Shown here piece by piece: positions 9,601-14,803 of a stretch of 32,000 nt of DNA; positions within the stretch are counted from its first letter, which is position 1, and every line of letters begins with the position of its first letter. Location: positions 5,160,001 through 5,192,000 of the forward strand of contig NC_009925.1 in assembly GCF_000018105.1 (NCBI RefSeq), given 5' to 3'. The position numbers and the translations under genes were made by a program. The notes under the pieces are model-generated. The model made no database searches, was not told the origin of the DNA, and was given only the letters and a program-made list of their open reading frames with translations. The stretch comes from Acaryochloris marina MBIC11017. GTDB lineage: Bacteria; Cyanobacteriota; Cyanobacteriia; Thermosynechococcales; Thermosynechococcaceae.

Positions 9601-9744
9601 CACTTGGAACATTTGGTTGAAACAGATATTCAGTATCTCCCTTTCGCTGAACCTCTGCTGAAGTTAGCAAAACAGTATCGTACGGAAGAAATAGAAACTT
9701 TACTCCAGGAGTATTTGGCCCAGGAGCAAACAGATGGAGAGTAG
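1..9744 (+). CDS. Giant multi-sensor signalling protein, 5'-partial: Ser/Thr kinase + AAA-type NTPase + helical/TPR-like region + 2 GAF + 9 PAS + HisKA/HATPase + receiver (hybrid histidine kinase)
   Basis: The frame is open from nt 1 (QNLKHPSIIQ precedes the listed Met at 31), so the kinase N-lobe lies upstream of the window. Motifs seen: HKDIKPAN (199-), DFG (262-270), APE; P-loop GSSGIGKT (805-828); Walker B-like FLDDLQWAD (~1189); H-box SHELRTPLNG (His codon 8368-8370); G-boxes GTGLGLAIS and GAGSEF; receiver VILDLAMPVMDG (Asp codon 9244-9246). Stop at 9742-9744. Confidence 0.92.
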   Translation, partial: QNLKHPSIIQMLSLECFDSTYALIMEDMQGVSLVKFLESKISIADGLRIALQLADALHYLCQQRVIHKDIKPANIIIHPESKQVKLTDFGLASLLPKEMQGIKSLNALEGTLAYLAPEQTGRMNRGVDYRADFYGLGVTLYEVLTGQLPFPSTDVMELVHCHIAKAPTPLHEINPQVPVQVSDIVLKLLAKNAEDRYQSALGLKHDLAICLSQLNERGVVEPFELGVRDVCDRILIPEKLYGREAEVQTLLDAFERVTQGPSELLLVAGSSGIGKTAVISEVHKPITCQNGYFIQGKFDQFNRNIPFSVFGQAFQSLIDQLLGESDTVLADWKAKILGVLGENAQVLIDVIPNLGQIIGAQPAVPELSGLAAQNRFNLLLGKFIQLFARAEHPLVIFLDDLQWADSASLSLLTLLFDESESSHLLVLGAYRENEVFPAHPLMLTVQGLQERGNVLDTLPLVPLAESDVNQLVADTLLCGANTATPLSQLIYQKTGGNPFFTIQFLIELYDQHCISFDSDAGHWLCDITKVQQLALTDDVVDFLIERLKQLPDTTQKILNLAACLGDSFDLSTLAIITQQTQTSLADSLWPSLQMGLVIPTNNTYKFFQGTLQNQSSSTVCVAYEFLHDRVQQAAYELACNEQDAQSLRLEIARKLLQKHCFEADQRRLFLIVENYNCGSSVLTTPEEQKLLFSLNLQAGQQALSTLAYDAASLYFTKARALYDDYGITNSDLKFQLYRASIEAEYLNSRWDKATELLETLTLSQLSEHQQLQISALTIRVWVAQQRFGEALDRGVSVLASQGLHLVSPTENDRIKAQLLTIQLEKIPLMDRDITLKMGLLLEMCSSAIFTNPPLFFQIILTLVDLSQQFGYSEQSAFGFANYGMLLGNMEDYAAAYQAGQVSQVLLKYFNSKLFRTKVDMVHFSYVASIQTPLRDCLQPLIEGYQNGLDIGDLEFAGYCANNYCTYLWMSGKPLDEILDLQKNYVNWLQSKKLYFSWAYVQFWHLLSLNLSGHSSIVTEFKSEDFDESVVIAQLEAVQAGTGLYAYYLAKGILFVYLSLWKKADSAFQKAANYQSSIAGYQAKLLPFYQAITAANLDSESTYICINTAKNFLAVLAQCAPENFQHKYQLVLAEQHRLAQNYAEAITCYEAAIQGAKENQYLQDEALANELAAKFFLNWGKDKIAAGFMQEAYYCYARWGAKAKTDALEQHNPDLLQPILQPSLQPINTLDSIAGLAGINLSIHSSASVHSNSRINTAFDLTALLKSSQALSEGLNLDELLKRLAPIMLQNSGADRLALLLPEPEGSWLIRATATPENTDLSSIPFANASDLPAQLIQYVKNTHEALAVDDLRTDLPIIDDYLQIYQPRSVLCLPILHQGHLNGLLYLQNQSAAGVFTHDRITVLNFLCTQAAIALANARLFQTLEQHVDERTKALQKNKHILENLLFSTGSVTGEAVFPTLAEQMANALQCAHVLISQINGETLETLAWYTNNQLQAKLTYPRAHTPCETSIQQGNYHCPCGVQEAFPLDPDLVEMGVDSYLGTALKDRSGQVIGVICILDYETIENIEFARMVLQVFGERAAAELERQQAQEALEQLNQELEARVRDRTAQLAASEQRLQTLFNQAADAVLLLGEEGFIDCNQAAIDLFRYTQKSEIVTLQPYQISPERQADGQLSVDKTAAIMEETLQKGSSQFEWLHQRADGETFWAEVSLTPIQYQGELIVHSIIRDISDRKAAEISLRESEAKYRNLLSNLDGAVYRSQYDADWTLEFVSDAIADLSGYPAADFIDNRHRSYASIIHPDDVERVDRIAAKAVAARQSFSMEYRILHRDGSIRWVTEKGKGIFNESNQFLYFEGVIFDISDRKQMETALHLSEARAKATFEQAAVGFLEVDISTQQCVRVNDHFCQLIGYSRAELLGMSVIEFTHPDDIHESKAMLQQLYAQEIEDFTLEKRYLRKDSTYFWSETTVFLVDLQDGEAVYSVGLVQDISEKKRLEAEHEQAEANSRLLASVVESTDDAIITKTLDGTITSWNQSATNLFGYTEAEAMGQPILMLFPPDRYKEEVEIIARLKNKECIEHFETIRLHKTGHPIDISVTISPLIDSQGEVIGASKIVRDIRERKAREQELILTKFALENTEIGIFWINSDGQFISVNESACIRLGYDPDELCNLYVWDITPGFFAEDWLEHWTEISKKGYSRFEVFHQAKDKTIFPVEIMSNYIEYQGIGYLFAQVQDISERKAAEKERILTQFASENTATSIFWINRTGSLINVNRSACATLGYPPDELKQMFIWDIDPLFPAEVWSNYWEQLSLNGYERFESLFQAKDGSTFPVEIMGNYLEYEGEGYIFAEVQDISDRKAAEKVLQFTQYSVDNAADCIFWIKPDGGFAYSNHAASRMHGYSIDDLMLMSVFDVNPTISKAFWSPHWQTIKEQGSVSLESQHQNRDGQLFPVEIVANYLEFEGEEYNFVRVRDISARKAAEQELILKQNHLEALLNNIPQMAWLKDADSQFIAVNEPFAQACGLSVGEIIGLTDCDIWPQDMAQSYREDDFKVMASGHRKRVEEPFSQADGTLGWLETTKTPFQDEQGRMAGTVGIAADITERKAAEQELYESKQLLKLVLDTIPQKVCWKDRNSVYLGCNQAFTEMAGFTSSDEIVGQTDYELPWKTEEAEFFIECDQRIMSTAKAELGIVEPILTADGKNAWLSTNKAPLRDVQGNVMGILAMIEDITPLKQAEETLKNINEELEARVSERTAALEQTNHALAEAKEIADSANQAKSEFLANMSHELRTPLNGILGYAQILNRSDQISPRDKRGLEVIHQCGSHLLTLINDILDLSKIEARKLELNPHPTDLLTLLSSVVDMFHLKATQKGIELLFQLDNDLPKGVEIDEKRFRQVLINLMGNALKFTEKGSVTFQILQLEANAGQATLRFAIIDTGVGIATEQLSRLFKAFEQVGDPRNHTEGTGLGLAISQRIVQLMGGDIQVSSQLGAGSEFSFCVTVPLAQDGAMTVTESPSQPVVGYLGDRRTLLVVDDRWENRAVIENLLAQLEFEIVEATNGEEGLEKLQVCQPDAVILDLAMPVMDGFEFLQHLRHDAAFTSFKGIPVIVSSASVGPTDQQLAVEQGGDTFLTKPVDAQALFRVLAEQLNLAWVYEDQSGELETQVISKSQMVMPASHILKTLLTFAQMDNVGDLREHLEHLVETDIQYLPFAEPLLKLAKQYRTEEIETLLQEYLAQEQTDGE
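700..1520 (+). other. Domain: AAA_16/STAND-like P-loop NTPase
   Basis: YGREAEVQTLLDAF, followed by Walker A GSSGIGKT and Walker B VIFLDDLQWAD. This is the arrangement typical of kinase-ATPase-TPR signalling proteins. Domain borders are approximate. Confidence 0.7.
3778..4765 (+). other. Domains: two consecutive GAF-like sensor domains
   Basis: The segments LLKSSQALSEGLNLDELL...LYLQNQSAAGVFTHDRITVLNFLCTQAAIALANARLF and FPTLAEQMANALQCAHVLISQ...GVICILDYE...VLQVFGERAAAELER have GAF-type signatures. Borders are approximate. Confidence 0.6.
4858..8220 (+). other. Array of nine PAS/PAC modules
   Basis: There are nine successive modules of ~120-130 aa. Each ends in a D-I-(S/T/R)-(D/E/A)-(R/K)-K-x-x-E linker (DISDRKAAE, DISDRKQME, DISEKKRLE, DIRERKARE, DISERKAAE, DISDRKAAE, DISARKAAE, DITERKAAE, DITPLKQAEE). 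Confidence 0.8.
6364..7434 (+). repeat. Three tandem in-frame copies of a 357-nt (119-aa) PAS module
   Basis: Unit starts are at 6364 (gaacgcaaagca), 6721 (gaacgaaaagca) and 7078 (gatcgcaaagcc), and the next linker is at 7435. The spacing is exactly 357 nt each time with no indels. My hand alignment of units 1 and 2 gives 72/119 identical residues; unit 3 is more diverged. Confidence 0.85.
8338..9024 (+). other. Domain: HisKA + HATPase_c transmitter core
   Basis: Coiled coil, then AKSEFLANMSHELRTPLNG; N-box LINLMGNALKFT; DTGVGI; GTGLGLAISQRIV; GAGSEFSF. Confidence 0.85.
9098..9455 (+). other. Domain: receiver (REC), followed by a ~95-aa helical C-terminal extension to 9741
   Basis: LLVVDDRWENR ... 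AVILDLAMPVMDGFEF ... VIVSSAS ... FLTKPVD. The extension has no HxxKG HPt motif. Confidence 0.8.
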
Positions 9745-11371
9745 TACTGAAATTATGGTGGTGGATGATACCCCCGCCAATTTAGAGGTTATTTCTGAAA
9801 CCTTGTCTTCTGCAGGTTATCGAGTTGCCGCTGCTATTAGTGGGGAACGGGCTCTCAAACGCCTCCATACTCATCCTCCTGCCCTTATCCTTTTGGATAT
9901 CCAAATGCCAGTGATGGATGGGTTTGAAGTCTGTCGGCAAATCAAAGCCAATGCAGCAACGGCCAACATTCCCATCATCTTTATTACGGCTCGCTCAGAT
10001 ACCCAAAGCATTCTCCATGGCTTTGAGATGGGTGCCGTTGATTACATCAGCAAACCGTTTCAAGAAGCTGAACTCTTAGCTCGCGTTAGAACGCATTTGC
10101 AGCTTTGCCATGTCAGTCAACTCTATGATGTGGAGCGCGAAAAAGCAGAGCAACTTCAGCAGCTCAATCAGCAACTGTCCCTCACCCAATTCTCGGTGGA
10201 TCATTCCGTAGATGGCATTCTCTGGTTCAATCCAGATTCGAGTATCGCCTATGCCAATGGGGCAATCTGTGAATTGCTGGGATACGCCTTAGAAGAGTTA
10301 TTGCAACTATCCAGTGCGGATCTAAAAGCAACCGGCCATCATTCTGAATGGAACGACTTTCAACAAAAGGTTAGAGAACAACACCGTTTAAGGTTTGAAG
10401 CTCAGTTACTTACTAAGGGGGGGCAAGAGCTGCCCGTGGAGATTGCCCTTAACTATCTTCAATTCTCTAGTCGTGAATATTATGTGGTGCATTGTCGCGA
10501 TATTCGCGATCGCAAAGCAGCAGAAGCAAAGCTGCGACAACTCAATACTGAACTAGACCAGCGGGTTCAAGACCGTACTCAAGAACTCTCGCACACCCTA
10601 GAAACCCTGAAATCAGCTCAAGCGAGTCTGGTCGAATCCGAAAAAATGGCTGCATTAGGGGCGCTTGTGGCCGGTGTCGCCCATGAAATAAACACGCCGA
10701 TTGGCAATACCATCACGGTAGCGTCCACCCTTGCCGATGAAAGTGCAGTCTTTGTGAATGCAGCAGAAGCAGGACAACTCAAGCGTTCAACCCTCAATCA
10801 CTACCTTGATGTGGTCAATCGATGCACGAAGTTAATTAATAGCAATCTGGGCCGAGCCGGAGACTTGATTCAAAGCTTCAAACAAGTTGCAGTGGATCAA
10901 TCCCATCGCGAACTGCGGACGTTTAATCTGAAAGACTATGTGGGAGAAGTGGTAACCAGCTTAGAACCCCAGGCAAGACGGTCAGGACTCACCTTAGACT
11001 TGGCAGGGGATGATTCCATTGTCCTCACTCATGATCCAGGGGTGTTTGCTCAAGTAATTACGAATCTAGTCACGAATTCCATCAAACATGCATATCAGCC
11101 TGGAGAGGTTGGACAACTCCAGATTCACCTTGAACAGCAGAACGATCAGGTCCTGTTGACCTATCGTGATGATGGCTGTGGGATTTCTACTGAAAATTTG
11201 TCCAGGGTTTATGAACCCTTTTTTACGACTGCCCGGAATCAGGGGGGGACGGGATTAGGACTCAATATCGTCTACAACATTGTCACTCAATCTCTAAAAG
11301 GCACCATTAAGATTGATAGTCAGCTTGGACAAGGAACAACCTTTACAGTTGCGCTTCCCTACGCATCCTAG
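9734..11371 (+). CDS. Response-regulator receiver / PAS / histidine kinase (REC-first hybrid sensor kinase)
   Basis: The ATG at 9734 lies inside the last codons of the upstream gene (ATGGAGAGTAG, an 11-nt overlap). Motifs: MVVDDTPANL, LILLDIQMPVMDG (Asp codon 9896-9898), SKPF; PAS at ~10176-10513; H-box VAGVAHEINTPIGN (His codon 10682-10684); NLVTNSIKHA, DDGCGI, GGTGLGLNIV, GQGTTF. Confidence 0.9.
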   Translation: MESSTEIMVVDDTPANLEVISETLSSAGYRVAAAISGERALKRLHTHPPALILLDIQMPVMDGFEVCRQIKANAATANIPIIFITARSDTQSILHGFEMGAVDYISKPFQEAELLARVRTHLQLCHVSQLYDVEREKAEQLQQLNQQLSLTQFSVDHSVDGILWFNPDSSIAYANGAICELLGYALEELLQLSSADLKATGHHSEWNDFQQKVREQHRLRFEAQLLTKGGQELPVEIALNYLQFSSREYYVVHCRDIRDRKAAEAKLRQLNTELDQRVQDRTQELSHTLETLKSAQASLVESEKMAALGALVAGVAHEINTPIGNTITVASTLADESAVFVNAAEAGQLKRSTLNHYLDVVNRCTKLINSNLGRAGDLIQSFKQVAVDQSHRELRTFNLKDYVGEVVTSLEPQARRSGLTLDLAGDDSIVLTHDPGVFAQVITNLVTNSIKHAYQPGEVGQLQIHLEQQNDQVLLTYRDDGCGISTENLSRVYEPFFTTARNQGGTGLGLNIVYNIVTQSLKGTIKIDSQLGQGTTFTVALPYAS

Positions 11372-11372
11372 A

Positions 11373-11412
11373 TTGCCTCACCCCAATGGTTAACGGGCTA
11401 AATCTGAGGCAA
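11373..11412 (+). terminator. Possible stem-loop downstream of the kinase operon
   Basis: ttgcctca (11373-11380) pairs with tgaggcaa (11405-11412), an 8-bp stem with a 24-nt loop. It starts 2 nt after the stop codon. The loop is long and the downstream T-tract is weak (actctttat). Confidence 0.25.
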
Positions 11413-11517
11413 ACTCTTTATGGCTGTGGTCCAATATCGAGTTTTGTAAAGGTTACAGCGATCAAACGTTACCGTTCGATTTAGAATTTACTGGATCAGT
11501 CTTCATAAAGGGCAGCT

Positions 11518-13227
11518 ATGGCATATCGAATGGACCGCCGCGCCTATGCGGAAACCTATGGCCCTACGGTGGGCGATCGCATTCGCCTGGCTGATACTGA
11601 GCTGATTATCGAAGTGGAGCAAGACCACACCACCTACGGAGATGAGGTCAAGTTTGGTGGCGGTAAAGTGATTCGCGATGGCATGGGCCAGTCGCCGATT
11701 ACCAATGCCGATGGCGCCGTGGATACTGTGATTACCAACGCCCTTATCTTGGACTGGTGGGGCATCGTCAAAGCGGATATCGGTATTAAGGACGGTAAGA
11801 TTGCTGCCATTGGCAAGGCGGGTAACCCCTATATCCAAGACAAGATTGATATTGTGATCGGCCCAGGTACAGAGGCAATCGCGGGGGAGGGGATGATTCT
11901 GACGGCGGGAGGGATTGACTCCCACATCCACTTTATTTGTCCCCAGCAAATTGAAGTTGCGATCGCATCCGGTGTCACAACCATGCTTGGCGGCGGCACA
12001 GGTCCTGCGGCAGGCACCAACGCCACCACCTGCACTCCTGGCCCTTGGAATATCTATCGGATGCTGCAATCTGCCGATGCCTTTCCTATGAACTTAGGCT
12101 TTTTAGGCAAAGGCAACTCCAGCCAGCCCGCCGCTTTAGTCGAACAAGTTAAAGCCGGAGCGATGGGCCTGAAGCTTCATGAAGACTGGGGCACGACTCC
12201 TGCTGCCATTGATACCTGCTTGAGCGTTGCCGACGAGTTTGATGTCCAGGTGGCGATTCACACGGATACCCTGAATGAAGCGGGCTTTGTCGAAAATACC
12301 ATTTCAGCTTTCAAAAACCGCGTCATTCACACCTATCACACGGAAGGGGCCGGGGGTGGCCACGCCCCGGATATTATCAAGGTTTGTGGAGAAGCCAATG
12401 TCCTACCGTCCTCCACCAACCCTACCCGGCCCTACACCGTCAATACCCTAGATGAACACTTGGATATGCTCATGGTGTGTCATCACCTCGATGCAGGCAT
12501 TCCTGAAGATGTGGCCTTTGCTGAATCCAGAATTCGCCGAGAAACCATCGCTGCTGAAGATATCCTCCATGACTTGGGGGCGTTTAGTATGATTGCCTCG
12601 GATTCCCAGGCTATGGGCCGTGTAGGTGAGGTGATTATTCGTACCTGGCAGACGGGCCACAAAATGAAGGTACAGCGGGGACCGCTTTCAGAAGACTCAG
12701 ATCGCAATGATAATCATCGAGCGAAGCGTTACGTCGCCAAGTACACGATTAATCCAGCTATTACCCACGGGATTGCCGACCATGTGGGTTCGGTGGAAGT
12801 GGGCAAGCTAGCCGATCTTTGTTTGTGGAAGCCAGCTTTGTTTGGCGTCAAGCCAGAAATGGTGATTAAAGGTGGCTTTATTGCCTGGTCCCAAATGGGA
12901 GATGCCAATGCCAGTATTCCCACGCCCCAACCGGTGCATATGCGACCGATGTTTGGGGGATTTGGAGGTGTGATCGCAGCGACGTCTCTTACGTTTGTCT
13001 CTCAAGCCGCTATGGAGATGGGGATTCCTGGCCAAATTGGTTTGCAGAAAAACGTCGTTGCCATTTCCAATACGCGCAATCTTAGCAAGGCGGATATGAA
13101 GTTAAATGATGCTTTGCCAAAAATTGAGGTGGATTCTGAGACTTATGAGGTGAGGGCCGATGGAGAATTGCTTACCTGTGAGCCTGCAACAGTGTTGCCC
13201 ATGGCACAGCGGTACTTTTTGTTTTGA
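11518..13227 (+). CDS. ureC: Urease alpha subunit
   Basis: 569 aa. N-terminus [29 protein letters not shown]; nickel ligands HIHFICPQQ; carbamylated-Lys region [10 protein letters not shown]; [29 protein letters not shown]; C-terminus [10 protein letters not shown]. Confidence 0.97.
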   Translation: MAYRMDRRAYAETYGPTVGDRIRLADTELIIEVEQDHTTYGDEVKFGGGKVIRDGMGQSPITNADGAVDTVITNALILDWWGIVKADIGIKDGKIAAIGKAGNPYIQDKIDIVIGPGTEAIAGEGMILTAGGIDSHIHFICPQQIEVAIASGVTTMLGGGTGPAAGTNATTCTPGPWNIYRMLQSADAFPMNLGFLGKGNSSQPAALVEQVKAGAMGLKLHEDWGTTPAAIDTCLSVADEFDVQVAIHTDTLNEAGFVENTISAFKNRVIHTYHTEGAGGGHAPDIIKVCGEANVLPSSTNPTRPYTVNTLDEHLDMLMVCHHLDAGIPEDVAFAESRIRRETIAAEDILHDLGAFSMIASDSQAMGRVGEVIIRTWQTGHKMKVQRGPLSEDSDRNDNHRAKRYVAKYTINPAITHGIADHVGSVEVGKLADLCLWKPALFGVKPEMVIKGGFIAWSQMGDANASIPTPQPVHMRPMFGGFGGVIAATSLTFVSQAAMEMGIPGQIGLQKNVVAISNTRNLSKADMKLNDALPKIEVDSETYEVRADGELLTCEPATVLPMAQRYFLF

Positions 13228-13479
13228 AAGGCCAATCCATTGGAGTGAAAGGTGAACTAGATATATCGACGCTTTTATGGTTTTGGCTGTAACCCTCATA
13301 TTGACAGAATTGAAGATTTTTTAATAAATAGCCTAAGTTCGGGTTAAGCTTATTTTTGAGATTTTTCTGCGAAAGGATAAAGGTTTCAGCTTACTCAAGA
13401 ATAAAGGGTTTAGCTTATTACGAACTCAGGTTAACTATCTTTTTGAATTTTGTTCAGTGTAGGGAAGCAAGGGAAAAGA

Positions 13480-14061
13480 CTACCTCTGCTTATTCGATTT
13501 CATGATTTTACTTCTCCTGATCTGTGCTTCCTTTAAGATCTGTATGCAGACGAAAGATCTTGAAGTAATGGAATCTTTTTGTATGAAATACTCAAATGAG
13601 TAAAAAAATCCCAAAAATAATGTCAGGAAAGATGTCGTAACAACAATATCTTGTATTAAGATGATTGCGAAAGAGATTATAGTTGCTAAAAACCTGTTTG
13701 CATATTGAGTGCTTTTTGTAGATAGCTTTTCTTGCCTTTCTAAGAAATTCTCTACGATCTTTAAATCTTCTTCTGAGAATAGTGATAAATTCTTGATCTT
13801 ATATTCTATTAGGTGATTATTGAAATTTGGTAATAACTCTTCCTCCAAAGGCATTCTCTTCCTATAGAAAACTCCATTCTTAACCTTTTCTATATAGTTC
13901 AATCTTCTTTCTGTTTTACCTCTTCTGCTTTTGAAATATGATAATAAGCTATGAAGGCCAATAACTGGAAGATATATTAATATCATTATTATCAGAAGTG
14001 CGAGATATATTCTTGTGAATTCAATGAAGTTGAATATTCTTAAGCTGCTAAAGAGTATCAA
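13480..14061 (-). CDS. Hypothetical multi-pass membrane protein in the AT-rich island; start uncertain
   Basis: 193-aa ORF from a TTG start. It has hydrophobic N-terminal segments (YLALLIIMILIYLPVIGL), a charged ~80-aa middle, and two C-terminal hydrophobic helices (FLATIISFAIILI, TTSFLTLFLGFFYSF). The frame stays open to 14115 without a canonical start. I recognise no family. Confidence 0.45.
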   Translation of the reverse strand: MILFSSLRIFNFIEFTRIYLALLIIMILIYLPVIGLHSLLSYFKSRRGKTERRLNYIEKVKNGVFYRKRMPLEEELLPNFNNHLIEYKIKNLSLFSEEDLKIVENFLERQEKLSTKSTQYANRFLATIISFAIILIQDIVVTTSFLTLFLGFFYSFEYFIQKDSITSRSFVCIQILKEAQIRRSKIMKSNKQR

Positions 14062-14111
14062 TAGTAAGCATATTAATATAGAGACTAAAACAGACCCTAG
14101 TAATATTTTTT

Positions 14112-14360
14112 TTATTTATGAGGAGCTGCATGATTAAATAATCTATACAGAAAAATTTTTAGGAGTTTTCCAATCTTTGGTTCAAACCCTTCTTCGAATA
14201 TATCTTGAAATTCATCTATTATTGGACCATATGCTTGCTGCCTCCGTATAGGCCATTCAGTATCAATTATTGGGGAGTATCTCTTTTCTCTAAAGAGGAA
14301 CCACTCATCTTCTTCTTTAGATTTATCTTTATTAGAGTTAAATTGATTTGAATATTGCAT
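14112..14360 (-). CDS. Hypothetical small charged protein (82 aa) in the AT-rich island
   Basis: ATG-initiated ORF, same strand and 50 nt upstream of the membrane ORF. It has no hydrophobic segment and is rich in D/E/K (KDKSKEEDEW, IIDEFQDIFEEGFEPK). I recognise no family. Confidence 0.4.
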   Translation of the reverse strand: MQYSNQFNSNKDKSKEEDEWFLFREKRYSPIIDTEWPIRRQQAYGPIIDEFQDIFEEGFEPKIGKLLKIFLYRLFNHAAPHK

Positions 14361-14803
14361 GTTTGCTATTTAGGATATTCAACTAACTCATATTGACATT
14401 GAGATTGCTTTGATGATGCTCAGATTAAAGAAGAATACTAAATTTTTTAAACCGATTCTCAGATGTTGTTAGCGCTGTTGATGCAAGAACTTGCTTATCC
14501 TCGCTGACATCATCCTTGTTTATCAGCTTCTTCACTAAAGGAGTTAGCAGTTAGGATTAAGAGGAAGTACTTCAGATTCATGAGCATGGATGCTCTTGTT
14601 GTTTCAGTGCCACCCTCCACTCAACTGACTGATCGGCAGTTCTATGACTTGTGTCTAGCGAATCCTGATCTAAAAATTGAACGAACTGCCCAGGGAGAAC
14701 TCATCTTTATGCCGCCCACAGGAGGGGAAACGGGAAAGCGGAACGCTACATTAGACCTCTTGCAATATTCATTTGACGATGTGGTATTGCTGTTTGCCAT
14801 CCC

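Noticed and set aside
9456-9741. The C-terminal tail of the giant kinase considered as an HPt domain
   Set aside because: It has no HxxKG(S/T)-type phospho-accepting motif. The His residues present (SHILKTL, REHLEHL) are not in the HPt context. I have left it as a helical extension of unknown function.
11445-11457. The palindrome TGTAA-agg-TTACA upstream of ureC, considered as an NtcA site
   Set aside because: The NtcA consensus is GTA-N8-TAC. Here the half-sites are only 5 nt apart (GTA-N5-TAC), so the spacing is wrong. It may still be a small hairpin or another factor's site, but I cannot support an NtcA call.
11503-12069. A 188-aa minus-strand ORF, plus several 60-75-aa ORFs (11634-13299), antisense to ureC
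   Set aside because: They lie entirely inside the very confident ureC reading frame. They are Arg/Gly/Ala-rich shadow ORFs typical of the antisense strand of a GC-rich-codon gene, and they carry no motifs.
11518-13227. ureC lacking adjacent ureA/ureB or accessory genes, considered as an anomaly
   Set aside because: Scattered urease genes are a known arrangement in several cyanobacteria, and the gene looks fully intact, so this is not evidence of anything unusual.
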